Shown here: positions 1-8,077 of the stretch, one piece after another | Position numbering within the stretch: the first letter of the stretch is position 1 | How the letters are laid out: each line of letters opens with the position of its first letter | Source of the DNA: a virus | Taxonomy: Duplodnaviria > Caudoviricetes | DNA: 42,287 nucleotides | IMG/VR virus record: IMGVR_UViG_3300037608_000246 | Coordinates: 1 to 42,287 of that record | Reading direction: 5' to 3' (one strand) | Position numbers and translations under genes: made by a program | The notes under the pieces: model-generated | The model's database searches: none | Told to the model about the DNA's origin: nothing | The model's input: only the letters and a program-made list of their open reading frames with translations

Positions 1-678
1 CTATATCTTCTTATTATTTTTGGTGTTTATTCTATACGAGTATCCATTACGATGATTTGTTTTCCATGTTTTAGAATTCATAATAGATACCAAAGCAGAT
101 ATGATTGTAGCTGAAGTAATTATCGTAGGTGTGAATAGCTCAGTCATATCTCCGACTTCTAGTATTCCAATTATGCCAAATGCCATTATTAGAACACCTA
201 CCATAATACCTAAACTAGCACTTAATTGTGTTGCAGCGCGATATTTGGAATTTAACCTATATGCTTGTTCGTTCATTTCGATGATTTCATCTTTTTCCTT
301 TTGTATTAACGAGAAATTATTTTCCAAGATATCACAATACTCTCTTTTGGTTACTATAGAAATAAAGCTTGAATCCATAATTTCTTTGATCAGTTCTTCA
401 ACAAGTTCAATGGGTTTGTGAACGTCTTTAATATCCACTTTATAGCGCCTAGATGTTGAGTTAATTAGAGATGTAATTATTTCATCAGACGGAAAATGTT
501 TTTCAGGAATTCCTGAACGTAAAGCATACAAAACCTCTTTATTTACTGTTTCGATTTTTTGTAAATACTCTCTTTTTTCACGTCTCTTTAGAATTCGACT
601 TGAAATTAACCATACAAATAAACCACTAATTAAACTTACAAATATATTTTCAATAAATTTTAGAACTAACCCCGCCAT
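1..678 (-). CDS. Hypothetical membrane protein (one N-terminal and two C-terminal TM-like segments), last gene of the RM operon
   Basis: 225-aa ORF, AGGAGG RBS, 18 bp after the vsr stop; hydrophobic stretches IFVSLISGLFVWLI, LGIMVGVLIMAFGIIGIL and IITSATIISALVSIM. Confidence 0.75.
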   Translation of the reverse strand: MAGLVLKFIENIFVSLISGLFVWLISSRILKRREKREYLQKIETVNKEVLYALRSGIPEKHFPSDEIITSLINSTSRRYKVDIKDVHKPIELVEELIKEIMDSSFISIVTKREYCDILENNFSLIQKEKDEIIEMNEQAYRLNSKYRAATQLSASLGIMVGVLIMAFGIIGILEVGDMTELFTPTIITSATIISALVSIMNSKTWKTNHRNGYSYRINTKNNKKI

Positions 679-696
679 AAATCCTCCTACAAATTA

Positions 697-1149
697 CTAT
701 ATTTCCAGAAAATTATCGCGATCATCTTCAAAACAATCCAAGATCATTAGCATAATTTGGTTCTTAAAATTTGGATATCTCAGCATCTTTTTAATGGAGC
801 ATTCCCAGATTACAATGACTTTCCACCCAAGACTTTTTAGCAATAAATAGTTATTTAAATCCCTCTCCTTGTTTCTCTTTAACTTTTTCTCCCAATACTC
901 TACATTTGACTTTGGCCACTTGAATCTCGAACAGCCTTCATGCATGTGCCAAAAGCACCCATTAACAAATATCACCGTCTTATATTTTGGCAGAACGATA
1001 TCAGGGCATCCAGGCAATCGTATATCATTCTTTTTATACCTAAACCCCTTGCTGAATAAGTATTTTCTTACAACTTCTTCTGGCTTTGTATCCTTACTTC
1101 GTATTCTTGACATGTTGTAACTTCGTATATCTTTTGAGTGGTTGTCCAT
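697..1149 (-). CDS. vsr: Very short patch repair endonuclease
   Basis: RSYNMSRIRSKDTKPE, LPGCPDIV, FVNGCFWH and GWKVIVIWEC motifs; next to a C5 methyltransferase. Confidence 0.95.
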   Translation of the reverse strand: MDNHSKDIRSYNMSRIRSKDTKPEEVVRKYLFSKGFRYKKNDIRLPGCPDIVLPKYKTVIFVNGCFWHMHEGCSRFKWPKSNVEYWEKKLKRNKERDLNNYLLLKSLGWKVIVIWECSIKKMLRYPNFKNQIMLMILDCFEDDRDNFLEI

Positions 1150-1160
1150 TAAATCACCTA

Positions 1161-2702
1161 CTAAAGATCTGACAAAATCACCTGCCTGTTGACCGAAAAG
1201 ATATCTTTAATATTTGAATGTGAATATTGTTTATGCGTATGTTTTTCAACCAGCCTTATCATATTTGTGACACTAATTGCACTGCCATTAGTTTTTGTTT
1301 CATCAGCGATGCTTCTAATTTGCGAATCAATGTTTGACCCAAATCCTCCTGAAATATATGAAAAGAATGCAAGTGGATATATACCTGATTTGTATTGCTC
1401 TATGTAATTATGTACCATCCTATTTCGATGATCATTTGAAACGGTATATTTTCGATACGCTTTATTATCTACAATTCCAATGTATTTTCCTTCATTTGAA
1501 ATTAAAAAAACATCAGGATTGAGCCCTACTGGGCCAATATGTCTAGCATCAAAACCAAGAATGTTCTTAAATAGTTCAACTGTTGCCTTTTCAAATTCAA
1601 TTGCGTTGTCTCTACCCTTAAATGCAAGCTCAAAGTATTCAGTCATAAACGAACCGATCGCACCATTTGGATACAGGTTTATTAATGTTTCTTCAACTAT
1701 TTTCTCTTCAAAACCTGTAATGTTTGATATTTTTTTAACCAATTCAGAAGATATTTTTGTAATTGGATATTTCAAAGATTCTGAAATAAAAGCTGTTTTG
1801 ATTTTTTGAATAGCAATTATTCCGGGCGTTATAGTTTTTGTTTCGGTCAAATTTCGAATATCCTTTTTATGTTTTGGATCAAGTCCGTACTTTCGCTGAT
1901 AGTATTCATGCTCCTCAGGTCTGTCAATCAACTTGCTTTCTACGTTCAATATCTTAAAAACATCATTAAACTTCTCATCAAGAATCCTCAATTTTTTTTC
2001 ATCGTCTCTTTTTGCTAGCTGAGTGTATTCAATCCAGTTGGCAATAGTATTAGCAGCGTCAAGAATATGTCTGAAAGGATGATCTGGGTTGACCTCACCA
2101 GTTTTAGGCGCAATAACATCAAAGAAATCAGCTGATAAGCATCTATTACCAATATTCCTGAATTCATATATTCTACTAACTATTTTTTCATAACATCTAT
2201 CATTTTCAGCCTCTACAATAACTATCTTTGCAATTTCTTCTATCGTTAAGTAACCTACTCTGTCGTCGGCGAGCAGTCGAAGGATAAATCGAAATGGTTG
2301 AATTCTAAACCTTTTAGAGACATCAACTCCCCTTGTGAGAGAAAATGAAGATGGGAACTGGTATTTTAATACTTGATTAGTGATAATTTCGACTGGTGAT
2401 TCTCCAGCCAGTATTGCCTCCCCAGCAAGTGTTAGCTTCACCTTCTTTGTCGATTCCTGAATAAAGATCAATCCCAAACTTACAAGCCAAGCATAGTATG
2501 TCCTGGCTCCACCCCCACGCTGGTCTCTTCGTTCTCCAACTCTTTTGAGGCCAGATTTTTCAAGGGCTTCTTCAAGTGATAATTGAGTGCCTACTTGTCC
2601 GTACCATTCCATGTCGTAAGAAATTTCGGCAATAGTTGCTAGTACTTCTGGTATGGAATTCAATTTTCGCTTGGGTCTCGACACCCACCAATGATTTATC
2701 AC
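1161..2702 (-). CDS. Restriction endonuclease, AlwI-family-like N-terminus with a FokI-like PD-(D/E)xK cleavage domain (type IIS-like)
   Basis: C-terminal FE...HIG...PDVF...IVDNKAY resembles the FokI catalytic region (HLGG..KPDG...IVDTKAY); VLKYQFP motif; lies between the MTase and vsr. Confidence 0.8.
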   Translation of the reverse strand: MINHWWVSRPKRKLNSIPEVLATIAEISYDMEWYGQVGTQLSLEEALEKSGLKRVGERRDQRGGGARTYYAWLVSLGLIFIQESTKKVKLTLAGEAILAGESPVEIITNQVLKYQFPSSFSLTRGVDVSKRFRIQPFRFILRLLADDRVGYLTIEEIAKIVIVEAENDRCYEKIVSRIYEFRNIGNRCLSADFFDVIAPKTGEVNPDHPFRHILDAANTIANWIEYTQLAKRDDEKKLRILDEKFNDVFKILNVESKLIDRPEEHEYYQRKYGLDPKHKKDIRNLTETKTITPGIIAIQKIKTAFISESLKYPITKISSELVKKISNITGFEEKIVEETLINLYPNGAIGSFMTEYFELAFKGRDNAIEFEKATVELFKNILGFDARHIGPVGLNPDVFLISNEGKYIGIVDNKAYRKYTVSNDHRNRMVHNYIEQYKSGIYPLAFFSYISGGFGSNIDSQIRSIADETKTNGSAISVTNMIRLVEKHTHKQYSHSNIKDIFSVNRQVILSDL

Positions 2703-2725
2703 AGCTGCACCTTCTTAAAGATATT

Positions 2726-3781
2726 TTATTCTTTAATGTTGCACACCACATTATTGTAGGGAATTCCTGCAAATGTTTTTAATACTGCTTCAAGAATAAT
2801 CTGAGCACCTCGTGGTGGTACCGCCATCCCAATTTGCTTCCTTACGCTCTCTTTAGATCCTTTGAACTCATAGTCATCTGGAAACGTCTGCAGTCTTGCC
2901 CTTTCTCTATTTGTCAAAGCCCTGTGCTCTAAATAATGATAAATATGAGTTCCGCCACCACCTGAACCAGTCACGGTATAGGCGGGTTTATCAGGATGTA
3001 ATCTTTTGTATATCTGACTAATTTTAGCACCTTTTACGTTCAGTTGTAAATGCTCTGGTAAATTGGCGTTAAATGCATTTTCACCTGGCTTAATATGCTT
3101 CAATCGTTCAACTACCTGGGCTGACTGTTTTGTCAACTCGTTATTGAATGCGTTGTCAGATATTGGAGGATTTTCAATTGCGTTTTTTGCGGAGTTATTA
3201 ATGTCTTTATATTCTGTAGGACTAGGTGGCGCAAACACGAATGGCAGATCTTTTCTAATTCCAATAATTATAATTCGATGTCTTGCTTGAGGTACTCCAT
3301 ATTCTTCGAATTTGTAAAGGTGAGGGTAAATGTTGTATCCAACCTCTTTTAGATCATCGAGGATTTGCTTTAACGCGCCGCCTTCATTTGCAGATTTCAA
3401 ACCACCTACATTCTCAGCAAAAAACCATGCAGGTTGGAATCTTTTTAAGACTTTGACACCATAGGTGTACAGTGGTCCAAATGTTCCATTAAAGCCTTTC
3501 TGCTCTCCTACCTGTGAAAAGTCATTACACGGAAAGCCAAACGCCAACGCATCAATTGGACTTAATTTATCAATGTCGAGTTTTCGAACATCTCCACAAA
3601 TAACGCTTTCAGGGTTTTCGGGACAAATATTGCGTCGATATGTTTCGCAAGTATCAGCATCATAGTCATTTGCCCATTCGTGGATTATTTTATAATCTTC
3701 TATTTCAATAGATGCTTTTTTAGCACCATAAGCAATACCACCTGGTCCGCAGAACAATTCACCCAACTTAAATTCCTTCAT
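2726..3781 (-). CDS. dcm: DNA (cytosine-5)-methyltransferase
   Basis: Motif I ELFCGPGG, IV GFPCNDFS, VI ENV, VIII QARHR, IX RERARLQTFPD, X QIGMAVPP. Confidence 0.96.
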   Translation of the reverse strand: MKEFKLGELFCGPGGIAYGAKKASIEIEDYKIIHEWANDYDADTCETYRRNICPENPESVICGDVRKLDIDKLSPIDALAFGFPCNDFSQVGEQKGFNGTFGPLYTYGVKVLKRFQPAWFFAENVGGLKSANEGGALKQILDDLKEVGYNIYPHLYKFEEYGVPQARHRIIIIGIRKDLPFVFAPPSPTEYKDINNSAKNAIENPPISDNAFNNELTKQSAQVVERLKHIKPGENAFNANLPEHLQLNVKGAKISQIYKRLHPDKPAYTVTGSGGGGTHIYHYLEHRALTNRERARLQTFPDDYEFKGSKESVRKQIGMAVPPRGAQIILEAVLKTFAGIPYNNVVCNIKE

Positions 3782-3795
3782 ATTACAACTCCCAT

Positions 3796-4254
3796 CTATA
3801 CTTTTTCGCCATTTATGAGGACAAATTGCCTTTCAAATTAACCGCCCACCGCATTGGCAATGATATCAAGTTCGGTAATAGTGAAACTTTCTCTTTTAAG
3901 CTTTGAATTAAAGTTCTGTGGTGAGTGACCAATTCTTCGCGCCATTTCTGCAACGCTGATATTTGATCGTACACACAAAACACTTATTTGTGAATATTTC
4001 GCGGTAAAAGCATCATCAATTCGCACTTCAGGCAGCAGTAGTCCACAATCAGGGCATCACTGTCACTTTCATTCTAACTCGAGACAGAGTAAGAACCTCA
4101 ACAGTAGCTCAATAGCCTCATAGAGGGTTGAGATACTAACCTTAATCTCCATAATGCTAATCTGTGAATTCAGTCAAAATATCAGGGTGATGCTCAACCG
4201 CGAATCAGTGATGCCCTGACCACGAAATAATCATATTTGCTCAGAAATCGTCAT
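3796..4254 (-). pseudogene. Xre/HTH regulator (controller-like) of the RM operon, disrupted by a MITE and a nonsense codon
   Basis: ATG at 4254 reads MTISEQI. Removing 3991-4233 and one TATTTG copy continues in frame as SVLCVRSNISVAEMARRIGHSPQNF...AVGG, then TAA (3838-3840), then FERQFVLINGEKV and TAG at 3796-3798. Confidence 0.85.
3991..4233. mobile_element. 243-bp non-autonomous MITE-like insertion (TG...CA ends, multiple subterminal repeats, IS21-like architecture)
   Basis: 25-bp terminal inverted repeats (3991-4015 vs 4209-4233, 20/25 match); 6-bp direct repeat TATTTG at 3985-3990 and 4234-4239; internal 14-bp perfect IR at 4049-4062 / 4206-4219; no transposase. Confidence 0.88.
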
Positions 4255-4287
4255 TCAGCACTTCCGTTGCTAAACAATATCATTTAT

Positions 4288-4316
4288 ATTGTAAATTATA
4301 AAGTTTATAAAGTAAA
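4288..4316 (-). promoter_or_regulatory. Sigma-A-type promoter of the HTH/RM operon with a palindromic operator in the spacer
   Basis: TTTACT (4311-4316), 17 bp, TACAAT (4288-4293); perfect IR TTATAAA-G-TTTATAA at 4296-4310. Confidence 0.6.
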
Positions 4317-4323
4317 CTTAAAA

Positions 4324-4337
4324 AGAACCCTTGTTCT
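4324..4337. promoter_or_regulatory. Possible LexA (SOS) box
   Basis: AGAAC-CCTT-GTTCT matches the Firmicutes GAAC-N4-GTTC consensus; just upstream of the RM-operon -35. Confidence 0.4.
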
Positions 4338-4348
4338 AATTGTGATCG

Positions 4349-4378
4349 AAAAAAGAGTCGCGGACTCACCGCGACTCT
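4349..4378 (-). terminator. Intrinsic terminator
   Basis: Perfect 10-bp stem AGAGTCGCGG / CCGCGACTCT, 5-nt loop, T-run on the minus strand. Confidence 0.8.
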
Positions 4379-4461
4379 GCAATCTGTAGCCACCCAAAGT
4401 GGAATTCGTATCTTATTGTACCCATTTTACTTGTTCGATCGAAAGTATTCAATTAATTTGT

Positions 4462-4492
4462 AAAAAACTCGCCATTTAAGTTAGGTGAGTTT
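4462..4492 (-). terminator. Intrinsic terminator after the Lamassu operon
   Basis: AAACTCGCC...GGTGAGTTT stem with a minus-strand T-run, about 40 bp after the lmuB stop. Confidence 0.65.
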
Positions 4493-4532
4493 CTAAAAAA
4501 TCTTATTTTACCAATTTATACTATAAAATTTA

Positions 4533-6290
4533 TTATACTTCTTGATAATCTTTCTTTAAAAATTTATTTTTCTTCGTAAAAGAAGCAACTTTATGACTAT
4601 CTATATCAATATTTATAAGTCTTTTTCTTTCTTCTCCTTCAATTTTATCCCTATTCAACGTTAAAATATATTGAAATTCAAGCCCTTTTTCTTCTTGTTT
4701 CCCCAAATAATTCAAACACTGAACTAGCGTATCTTGATCAACATCAAAGATATTATCATGTATTAAAAATAAAGGATGTCGAAGATTTGTGTAGATATTA
4801 AACATTAAAGCCATATCATAAATAAATACTTTAGTTCGGTTTACGCTTCTACTACCATCATCATAAATCCTCATATGAATTTCAATTGGTGTTTTTGATT
4901 GATCTTTATCAATTGTTTGAATCAAAAACGAACATTCTTTATTTCCCATAATTGATTCATGAATAGTTAATAATGTATTCGTAAATTGCTCCATTAACAC
5001 TTTATTGTTTTCGATTATTTCATCGATTTTTAGTATTTCTTGTGACTTTGATAAAGTTAAACTTTTCTTTTGCTTCAAATTTTTTTCGTATTCTTCAAAT
5101 AACATCTTCATTCTGTTCATTGATGATCTTTTCTCTTCATATATTCGAAGGCCAGATTTTAAATTTCGTAAGACTCCCTTCTGATCAATCATCTTCATTT
5201 TTTCTGAATAGGCATCATCAATTAGTTGTATCTCCTTGGATATTTTTTTTATTTCATCATCTAACTCTGATGCTTTCTGATTAATTAGCATTCTTTGAAA
5301 AGCTTCAACCTTATTTTTGAAAAATTGCATTTCACTAAGCGATTTGACTATCATATCTCCTAAATCATTTTTAAATTGATTATAGACAAGTGCAATCTCA
5401 TGATCATCTATAATCTCTGGTTTTGGAAGTTCTTTAATTTTCGCAAGTTCATACTGGTATATTTTTTTTCTTTTTCTTAGCCTATCTAAAAGCTCCTCAA
5501 AGTCTATGATATCTTTTTCAATCAACTTAAATGCGTCATTTGTTTTAAAATTTTCAATAGCTACATCCATTTTGATTAATTCGTCATCAAGTGAGTTAAT
5601 TTCAGCTTTAACATCAACTAACTTTTTCATATTATTGTTTGTAAGATCTCGTTTATTTTTTGATATTATTTTCTTAATAGTATCAATTTGTTTAATGATT
5701 TCTTGAACATGCTTGTATATTTCATGTGAAATATTCAACATAAATAAATGTGGTGTCAAATCGTTCGGAATTTTTTTTGAGGTATCATGGCATTCCAATA
5801 TATCTTTAAATTCTGACCTCTCATCTCGAATTAAGATTGAAATTAAGCTTCTAATGCTCGGTATTTTATTGTTATCGATTTTTTCAAAAATTAATTCAAT
5901 TAAATACAATCTAGCATCTGCAATTTTATCAAATTTAACGGATATATCATTTCTAATTATAAGTGGTGAATTTTCTTCTCTCCTATTTCGAATAATAGTA
6001 ATTTCATCAGATCCTATTTTCAAATCCAAACAAATATTCTCGTCTAAACCTAGAATATTTCCCGGAATTTTCTTAATTCTAGAATTTTTATAGTCACTCA
6101 ACAAACAAAAATCTATTGCCACGATTGACATAGATTTTCCAACACCATTTGTTTTCCTACCTTTTAATGTATTTTCATTATATTTTTCACCCAAAATAAT
6201 GTTTATACCATCATGGAATATAATATCATCAAATATTTGATTTTCTGAATACAACCTGATAAGGCGAACACGTTTTACTTCCTTATCCAT
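4533..6290 (-). CDS. lmuB: SMC-like ABC ATPase of a Lamassu/ABC-3C defence system (short LmuB, DUF2326-like C-terminus)
   Basis: Walker A NGVGKS, long central coiled coil, C-terminal DDGSRS...FIYDMALM...HPLFLIHDNIFDVDQD (Walker B / D-loop); third gene of an overlapping three-gene operon. Confidence 0.85.
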   Translation of the reverse strand: MDKEVKRVRLIRLYSENQIFDDIIFHDGINIILGEKYNENTLKGRKTNGVGKSMSIVAIDFCLLSDYKNSRIKKIPGNILGLDENICLDLKIGSDEITIIRNRREENSPLIIRNDISVKFDKIADARLYLIELIFEKIDNNKIPSIRSLISILIRDERSEFKDILECHDTSKKIPNDLTPHLFMLNISHEIYKHVQEIIKQIDTIKKIISKNKRDLTNNNMKKLVDVKAEINSLDDELIKMDVAIENFKTNDAFKLIEKDIIDFEELLDRLRKRKKIYQYELAKIKELPKPEIIDDHEIALVYNQFKNDLGDMIVKSLSEMQFFKNKVEAFQRMLINQKASELDDEIKKISKEIQLIDDAYSEKMKMIDQKGVLRNLKSGLRIYEEKRSSMNRMKMLFEEYEKNLKQKKSLTLSKSQEILKIDEIIENNKVLMEQFTNTLLTIHESIMGNKECSFLIQTIDKDQSKTPIEIHMRIYDDGSRSVNRTKVFIYDMALMFNIYTNLRHPLFLIHDNIFDVDQDTLVQCLNYLGKQEEKGLEFQYILTLNRDKIEGEERKRLINIDIDSHKVASFTKKNKFLKKDYQEV

Positions 6291-6502
6291 ATGTGCGCCT
6301 CCTCAAAATCGATAATATTAACAGAATATAAGAATGACAAGCCTAACGTTAGCTGTCGACTGCTGTTAATACCATTAGCTTTCAACAATTTATACAAATC
6401 ATATACAGACATTCTATCTATTTTTTTCTTTTTCATTTCTTTCAAAATAAGAAAACTGATATATGCTGTTGATGATTTTGATATACTTTTGTTAGTTAGC
6501 AA
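6275..6502 (-). CDS. lmuC: Small middle component of Lamassu/ABC-3C (LmuC)
   Basis: About 75 aa from TTG at 6502 (GAGAGGG RBS); wHTH-like with C-terminal LSFLYSVNIIDF; overlaps both neighbours. Confidence 0.75.
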   Translation of the reverse strand: MLTNKSISKSSTAYISFLILKEMKKKKIDRMSVYDLYKLLKANGINSSRQLTLGLSFLYSVNIIDFEEAHIWIRK

Positions 6503-7460
6503 TATAATCAGCCCTCTCATTTGGGAAAACATTACACTTAACTATTTCATTTATTAGATAAAATTTTATTGCAGCTTTGTCATACCGCTTTCCATATGTA
6601 CTTATTTTATCTTCAAAATAATCGACTAATTTATTTAATGCAGAAATCGGATTTTCGTCCGATTCGTCTAAAAACTTTATACTAATATCTTGTAAATATA
6701 ACTGAATTATTATTTCTTGAGCTTCATCAATTGGCATTAAGCTATTTACAATATCAATCGCCTCGCCATATACAACTAATAATGTTTTGTACTCATTTAT
6801 TATACGATTCGAAAAAGCATTAAAACGCTTTAAAATTTTATAATCTGGATCTATTACTGTATCTCTTTTTTCAGAACAAATTCTATTTTTGGTTAAATAT
6901 TCTATTAATTCAATAATTGTCTCAACTTCATTTGCTTGTGATCTTTGAATTTTTTCAATCTTATTCGTGAGTTCTTCTTCGATAAATGCTGATAACTCTT
7001 TCAATTCTTGAATCTCTAATTTTCTAATTTCTCTGATCAAATCTGTATTATCAAGAATATCATTTTTTTTGTCAAAACTAAACTTGTCCTCTGTATTAAA
7101 TTCTGTAGTATATTTTTTTTTCTTTGTAAGCAAAATTACAATCAACCGATCATATATGGTATAGTGCTTATGTTCAATAAACTCTCCTATTGTCTTTTTA
7201 ATTTTTTCACTGCTGTTGTCAGAAGTAACTTGTATAGCAATTTTGTTTATTTCATCTCCCAAGTCTATTGCAACAACATTTCTGTCGATTATATTCAGGT
7301 TTTTTAGGTTATACCTAAAAATTCTATTCAATAATTTTGAATAAAAGTCTTCAGAGATCAAATTAATATCATATAAATTTATTGCATTTCTAGCTTCTAC
7401 TTGATAGCACAAGGTTGCAATACCGTCGCAAACTGACTTTAAATAGAATTCTCTGTTCAC
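6492..7460 (-). CDS. lmuA: Lamassu effector with an N-terminal SMEK-type domain and an ABC-3C C-terminal domain (LmuA)
   Basis: LYDINLISEDFYSKLLN...NLKNLN...AIDLGD...AIQVTS is typical of SMEK domains; C-terminal YLINEIVKCNVFP resembles the ABC-3C CTD ending. Confidence 0.8.
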   Translation of the reverse strand: MNREFYLKSVCDGIATLCYQVEARNAINLYDINLISEDFYSKLLNRIFRYNLKNLNIIDRNVVAIDLGDEINKIAIQVTSDNSSEKIKKTIGEFIEHKHYTIYDRLIVILLTKKKKYTTEFNTEDKFSFDKKNDILDNTDLIREIRKLEIQELKELSAFIEEELTNKIEKIQRSQANEVETIIELIEYLTKNRICSEKRDTVIDPDYKILKRFNAFSNRIINEYKTLLVVYGEAIDIVNSLMPIDEAQEIIIQLYLQDISIKFLDESDENPISALNKLVDYFEDKISTYGKRYDKAAIKFYLINEIVKCNVFPNERADYIAN

Positions 7461-7643
7461 AACCCCACCAACTTTAATTTATTTTTTAAATTTAGTATAC
7501 CATTTATAGCCATTCTCTACTATAATATTACAAATAAACATTTATTACGGAAGCAACATTTTATAGCCTAGATTTGTTGCATAATTAACAATTAACAAGT
7601 GTTGAAAAACCATGAGTAAACTTCATCTGGACGCAAATATTAC

Positions 7644-7678
7644 AAATCAATCCTCAGCTAAGTGCTGAGGATTGATTT
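7644..7678. terminator. Strong hairpin terminator ending the late/lysis transcript
   Basis: Perfect 15-bp stem AAATCAATCCTCAGC / GCTGAGGATTGATTT, 5-nt loop, 15 bp after the holin stop. Confidence 0.8.
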
Positions 7679-7693
7679 ATTCTAACCGTTTAA

Positions 7694-8077
7694 CTAGGCT
7701 CTGGTAACATAAAATTCGATTTTATTATCCAACCACACATCAAAATCAGCGTATACTTCTTTGAGAACATCACGAGTAGAAATTCCCATAATTGCAACCG
7801 ATTTTCTCTTTGCCTCTTCAAACGCCATCTTTTGAACTTCAAGCGTCCATCCATCTGTGCCCTTTATTCTTGATACAAAAGTCTGAAATACAGATATTAC
7901 TGCAGTCTGAACCGCATCTTCGGCAATATCGATGTACTTTTCGAAGTTCTTGTCGTTATTACGTTGGCGAATATAATCCGTTCCAGCCTTAATCAACGCT
8001 ACAACAAATGGCACCAATGCAACGAGAACCGGAACGACTACACTAGCCACAATCATATTAAGCGTTTCCTGATTCAT
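7694..8077 (-). CDS. Holin, LL-H-like
   Basis: Single N-terminal TM helix, AVQTAVISVFQTFV motif, ...IEFYV end; adjacent to the endolysin. Confidence 0.75.
   Translation of the reverse strand: MNQETLNMIVASVVVPVLVALVPFVVALIKAGTDYIRQRNNDKNFEKYIDIAEDAVQTAVISVFQTFVSRIKGTDGWTLEVQKMAFEEAKRKSVAIMGISTRDVLKEVYADFDVWLDNKIEFYVTRA

Noticed and set aside
3838-4026. ORF-track 62-aa protein as an intact gene
   Set aside because: Its start and first residues come from the MITE end; the native start is at 4254
3991-4233. The 243-bp insert as an in-frame intein/intron or domain insertion (length is a multiple of 3)
   Set aside because: It begins with an in-frame TGA and has TIRs plus a target duplication, which indicate transposition
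7461-7643. Possible prophage att site between lysis and Lamassu (GCAACA...TGTTGC inverted repeat near 7553-7580)
   Set aside because: The partner att would lie beyond 42287, so no direct repeat can be verified; the IR alone is too short
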